Positions 55,946 to 57,809 of a stretch of 57,809 bases of DNA are shown one piece after another. Within the stretch, counting starts at the first letter, position 1, and each line of letters starts with the position of its first letter. Under the pieces are notes generated by a model that was given only the letters and a program-made list of their open reading frames with translations, was not told the origin of the DNA and did not search any database. Both the position numbers and the translations under genes were made by a program. The DNA lies in NCBI GenBank assembly GCA_964421005.1, contig CAYQUV010000001.1, positions 1 to 57,809 of the forward strand. Direction: 5' to 3'. The stretch comes from an uncultured Candidatus Saccharibacteria bacterium (lineage in GTDB: Bacteria; Patescibacteriota; Minisyncoccia; Minisyncoccales; CG1-02-41-26).

Positions 55946-57205
55946 ATGCCTAAACAAAATTTTTTCTCGGTAACCCAAAGACAATTTAGAAAAATTGCCA
56001 ACATTTTAAATATAGAACCTAAGACTATCCGGGAGTTAGAAGAACCGCAGAGGTTTGTTAAATTTCAAATTCCAGTTCGGATGGATAATGGAAAAAAAGA
56101 AATTTTCTTTGGATTTAGGTCACAACATAACAATGCTCTTGGGCCTTACAAAGGTGGGATTAGGTTTCATCCTGATCTCTCAGAAAATAGAATCAAAGCT
56201 TTATCTATTTTAATGACTTGGAAGTGTGCTTTGGCGAATTTACCTTTTGGTGGTGCTAAGGGAGGGATAATTGTTGAGCCTCGAAAATTAAGTAAAGGAG
56301 AATTAGAAAGACTTTCTCGAGGATATGTTAAAGGAATTTTTCCCTGGCTCGGGCCGGATGTAGATATCCCAGCTCCAGACATTAACACTAATCCTCAAAT
56401 TATGGCTTGGATGACAGATGAATATTCTAAACTTAAAGGTGAAAATCTCCCTGCTGCCTTTACTGGCAAGCCTCTCAAGTTTTGGGGTTTAAAGGGCAGA
56501 AAAGAAGCCACTGGCTATGGAGGAATAGTAATTCTTAAAAAACTACAACAAACATTTGGCTTCAAACCAGAAGAAACAACTTTAGCTATTCAGGGTTTTG
56601 GAAATGTCGGCTCTAATTTTGCTCATTTTGCTTTTCAGGAGGGGTACAAAATCATAGCTCTTTCTGAAGAAAAAGGAGGAATTTATGTGCCCGGAGGCCT
56701 TAATCCTGAACAAACTCTTCGATGTCGAGAAGAGAAAGGTAAAATTGCTGGATGTTATTGTACAGGTTCAGTTTGCGACGTAAATCTTGGAAAACAAATT
56801 ACCAATAAGCAACTTTTAGAGACGGAAGTTGATGTTTTAATTCCCGCAGCGGTGGAAGATGTGATTACCAAAGAGAATGCTCAAAAAATTAAGGCTAAAT
56901 ACATAATTGAGATGGCAAACAGTCCAGTCACTTCAGAAGCAGATATAGTTTTACAAGACAAGGGAATAATATCAGTACCAGATATTCTAGCTAATAGCGG
57001 TGGGGTAATTGCTTCTTATTTTGAATGGTTACAGTCAAAAGAAAAAAAGAAATGGAAGAAAGAGAAAGTACAAAACCAATTATCGGCAATTCTAGAAAGA
57101 GTATTCGATGATGTCTGGAGATTGTCAAAAAAAGAAAATATAAACTTAAGGAATGCAGCCTATTTTCTGGCTATAGATAGGGTGGTCAAGGCATTGAAGA
57201 GGTAA
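55946..57205 (+). CDS. gdhA: Glutamate dehydrogenase (Glu/Leu/Phe/Val dehydrogenase family)
   Basis: KGGIRFHP, catalytic Lys context PFGGAKGG, Rossmann motif QGFGNVG. Confidence 0.93.
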   Translation: MPKQNFFSVTQRQFRKIANILNIEPKTIRELEEPQRFVKFQIPVRMDNGKKEIFFGFRSQHNNALGPYKGGIRFHPDLSENRIKALSILMTWKCALANLPFGGAKGGIIVEPRKLSKGELERLSRGYVKGIFPWLGPDVDIPAPDINTNPQIMAWMTDEYSKLKGENLPAAFTGKPLKFWGLKGRKEATGYGGIVILKKLQQTFGFKPEETTLAIQGFGNVGSNFAHFAFQEGYKIIALSEEKGGIYVPGGLNPEQTLRCREEKGKIAGCYCTGSVCDVNLGKQITNKQLLETEVDVLIPAAVEDVITKENAQKIKAKYIIEMANSPVTSEADIVLQDKGIISVPDILANSGGVIASYFEWLQSKEKKKWKKEKVQNQLSAILERVFDDVWRLSKKENINLRNAAYFLAIDRVVKALKR

Positions 57206-57234
57206 TCAATAGTATTATAATTATAATAAATATC

Positions 57235-57555
57235 ATGTCAGAAATAATTTTAACTGATCAAAATTTTGAAGAGGAGGTTATAAAAAGTGACCAGCCTGTT
57301 TTGGTTGATTTTTGGAGTCCAACCTGTCCTCCTTGTTTAGTGCTGGGACCAATCATTGAAGAAATTGCTAGAGAATTTGAAGGCAAGGCGAAAGTTGGAA
57401 AATTGAATGTCTTTGAGAATCCAGAGATTGCCAGAAAGTACCAAATCGTCGGTATCCCAACTATTATCATTTTCAAGAATGGAGAAGTAAAAGAAAGGGC
57501 ATCTGGCTTACGGCCCAAACAGGTAATAGCAGATAGACTTAATTCACTCCTTTAA
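57235..57555 (+). CDS. trxA: Thioredoxin
   Basis: 106 aa. VLVDFWSPTCPPC active site (CPPC rather than CGPC). GIPTIIIFKNGE. Confidence 0.92.
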   Translation: MSEIILTDQNFEEEVIKSDQPVLVDFWSPTCPPCLVLGPIIEEIAREFEGKAKVGKLNVFENPEIARKYQIVGIPTIIIFKNGEVKERASGLRPKQVIADRLNSLL

Positions 57556-57809
57556 AAAGACCATAAATACATCAAAGGTTTTTCTTCTAATTGTGATTTT
57601 AGTGGGGATAACAACAATTGGTTTTGTGATAGATTATATTGAACAGTTTTCATCAACAAATCAGCCAATAAAATTGCCAATAAAAGAGAAAGATTCTGTA
57701 AAAGAGGGTGAAAAACCGGACCAAAAGAAGTGACAGAAATAAAAACGAAATAAAAACAATTACTGAAGGAAAACTATCAAATATCAAGAAAAGTCTTTTT
57801 ATTCAAAAG

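Noticed and set aside
57560-57735. Possible ~48-codon ORF with one TM helix (ILVGITTIGFVIDYI...) downstream of trxA.
   Set aside because: It has no canonical ATG start or RBS that I could fix, it is under 60 aa, it has no homology handle, and it lies near the window edge.

Overview
The window is compact and AT-rich. It looks like a Patescibacteria/CPR-type (Parcubacteria-like) bacterium, inferred from gene content and Lys/Glu-rich insertions in housekeeping proteins. It uses the standard code: UGA is a stop at 48886-48888 and 53382-53384.

Contents, left to right:
- Secreted/surface-protein cluster (1-3.1 kb): a Trp-rich repeat protein, a tail-fibre-like protein and a membrane-anchored cupredoxin.
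- Housekeeping block: rny, hup, PMM/PGM, rpsF-ssb-rpsR, recA, ftsK, rpoC, rpoB, a SEDS protein, ligA.
- Complete secretin-less type IV pilus locus (22.4-32.9 kb): pilM-N-O, a PilP-like gene, pilB, pilT, pilC, pilA, pilD, three prepilin-type minor pilins and a PilX-like protein. comFC lies divergently next to it.
- tRNA-rich accessory stretch (33.9-42.1 kb): holin-like protein, nucleoside-deoxyribosyltransferase-like protein, 3D-domain wall hydrolase, rbfA-infB, a split HTH + LAGLIDADG endonuclease, an orphan GAF histidine kinase, rplS and 11 of the 12 tRNAs. All 12 tRNAs are on the minus strand.
- iorAB, a GCS2-like ligase, a secreted serpin, and Rrf2-nifS-nifU-mnmA.
- A tightly coupled seven-gene metal/FeS/thiol-redox cluster (50.4-55.7 kb), then gdhA and trxA.

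The cluster at 50.4-55.7 kb is my best candidate for an undescribed system. It encodes a DUF5320-like protein, a NifX-like protein, a CDF::NifX fusion, a MinD-type ATPase with a 2x[4Fe-4S] insert, an AhpD-like protein, a Trx::CcdA fusion and a ferredoxin.

Other items worth a second look:
- two three-segment alternative-pairing RNA leaders (rpsR, and the GCS2-like gene);
- two GC-rich structured non-coding islands (22.2 kb, 38.1 kb);
- the Trp-rich repeat surface protein;
- the serpin;
- an unusual tRNA-Arg(GCG).

CDS coordinates come from the ORF track. Small features were called by eye and may be off by 1-2 nt. I saw at least one local reading inconsistency, near 39180-39300.
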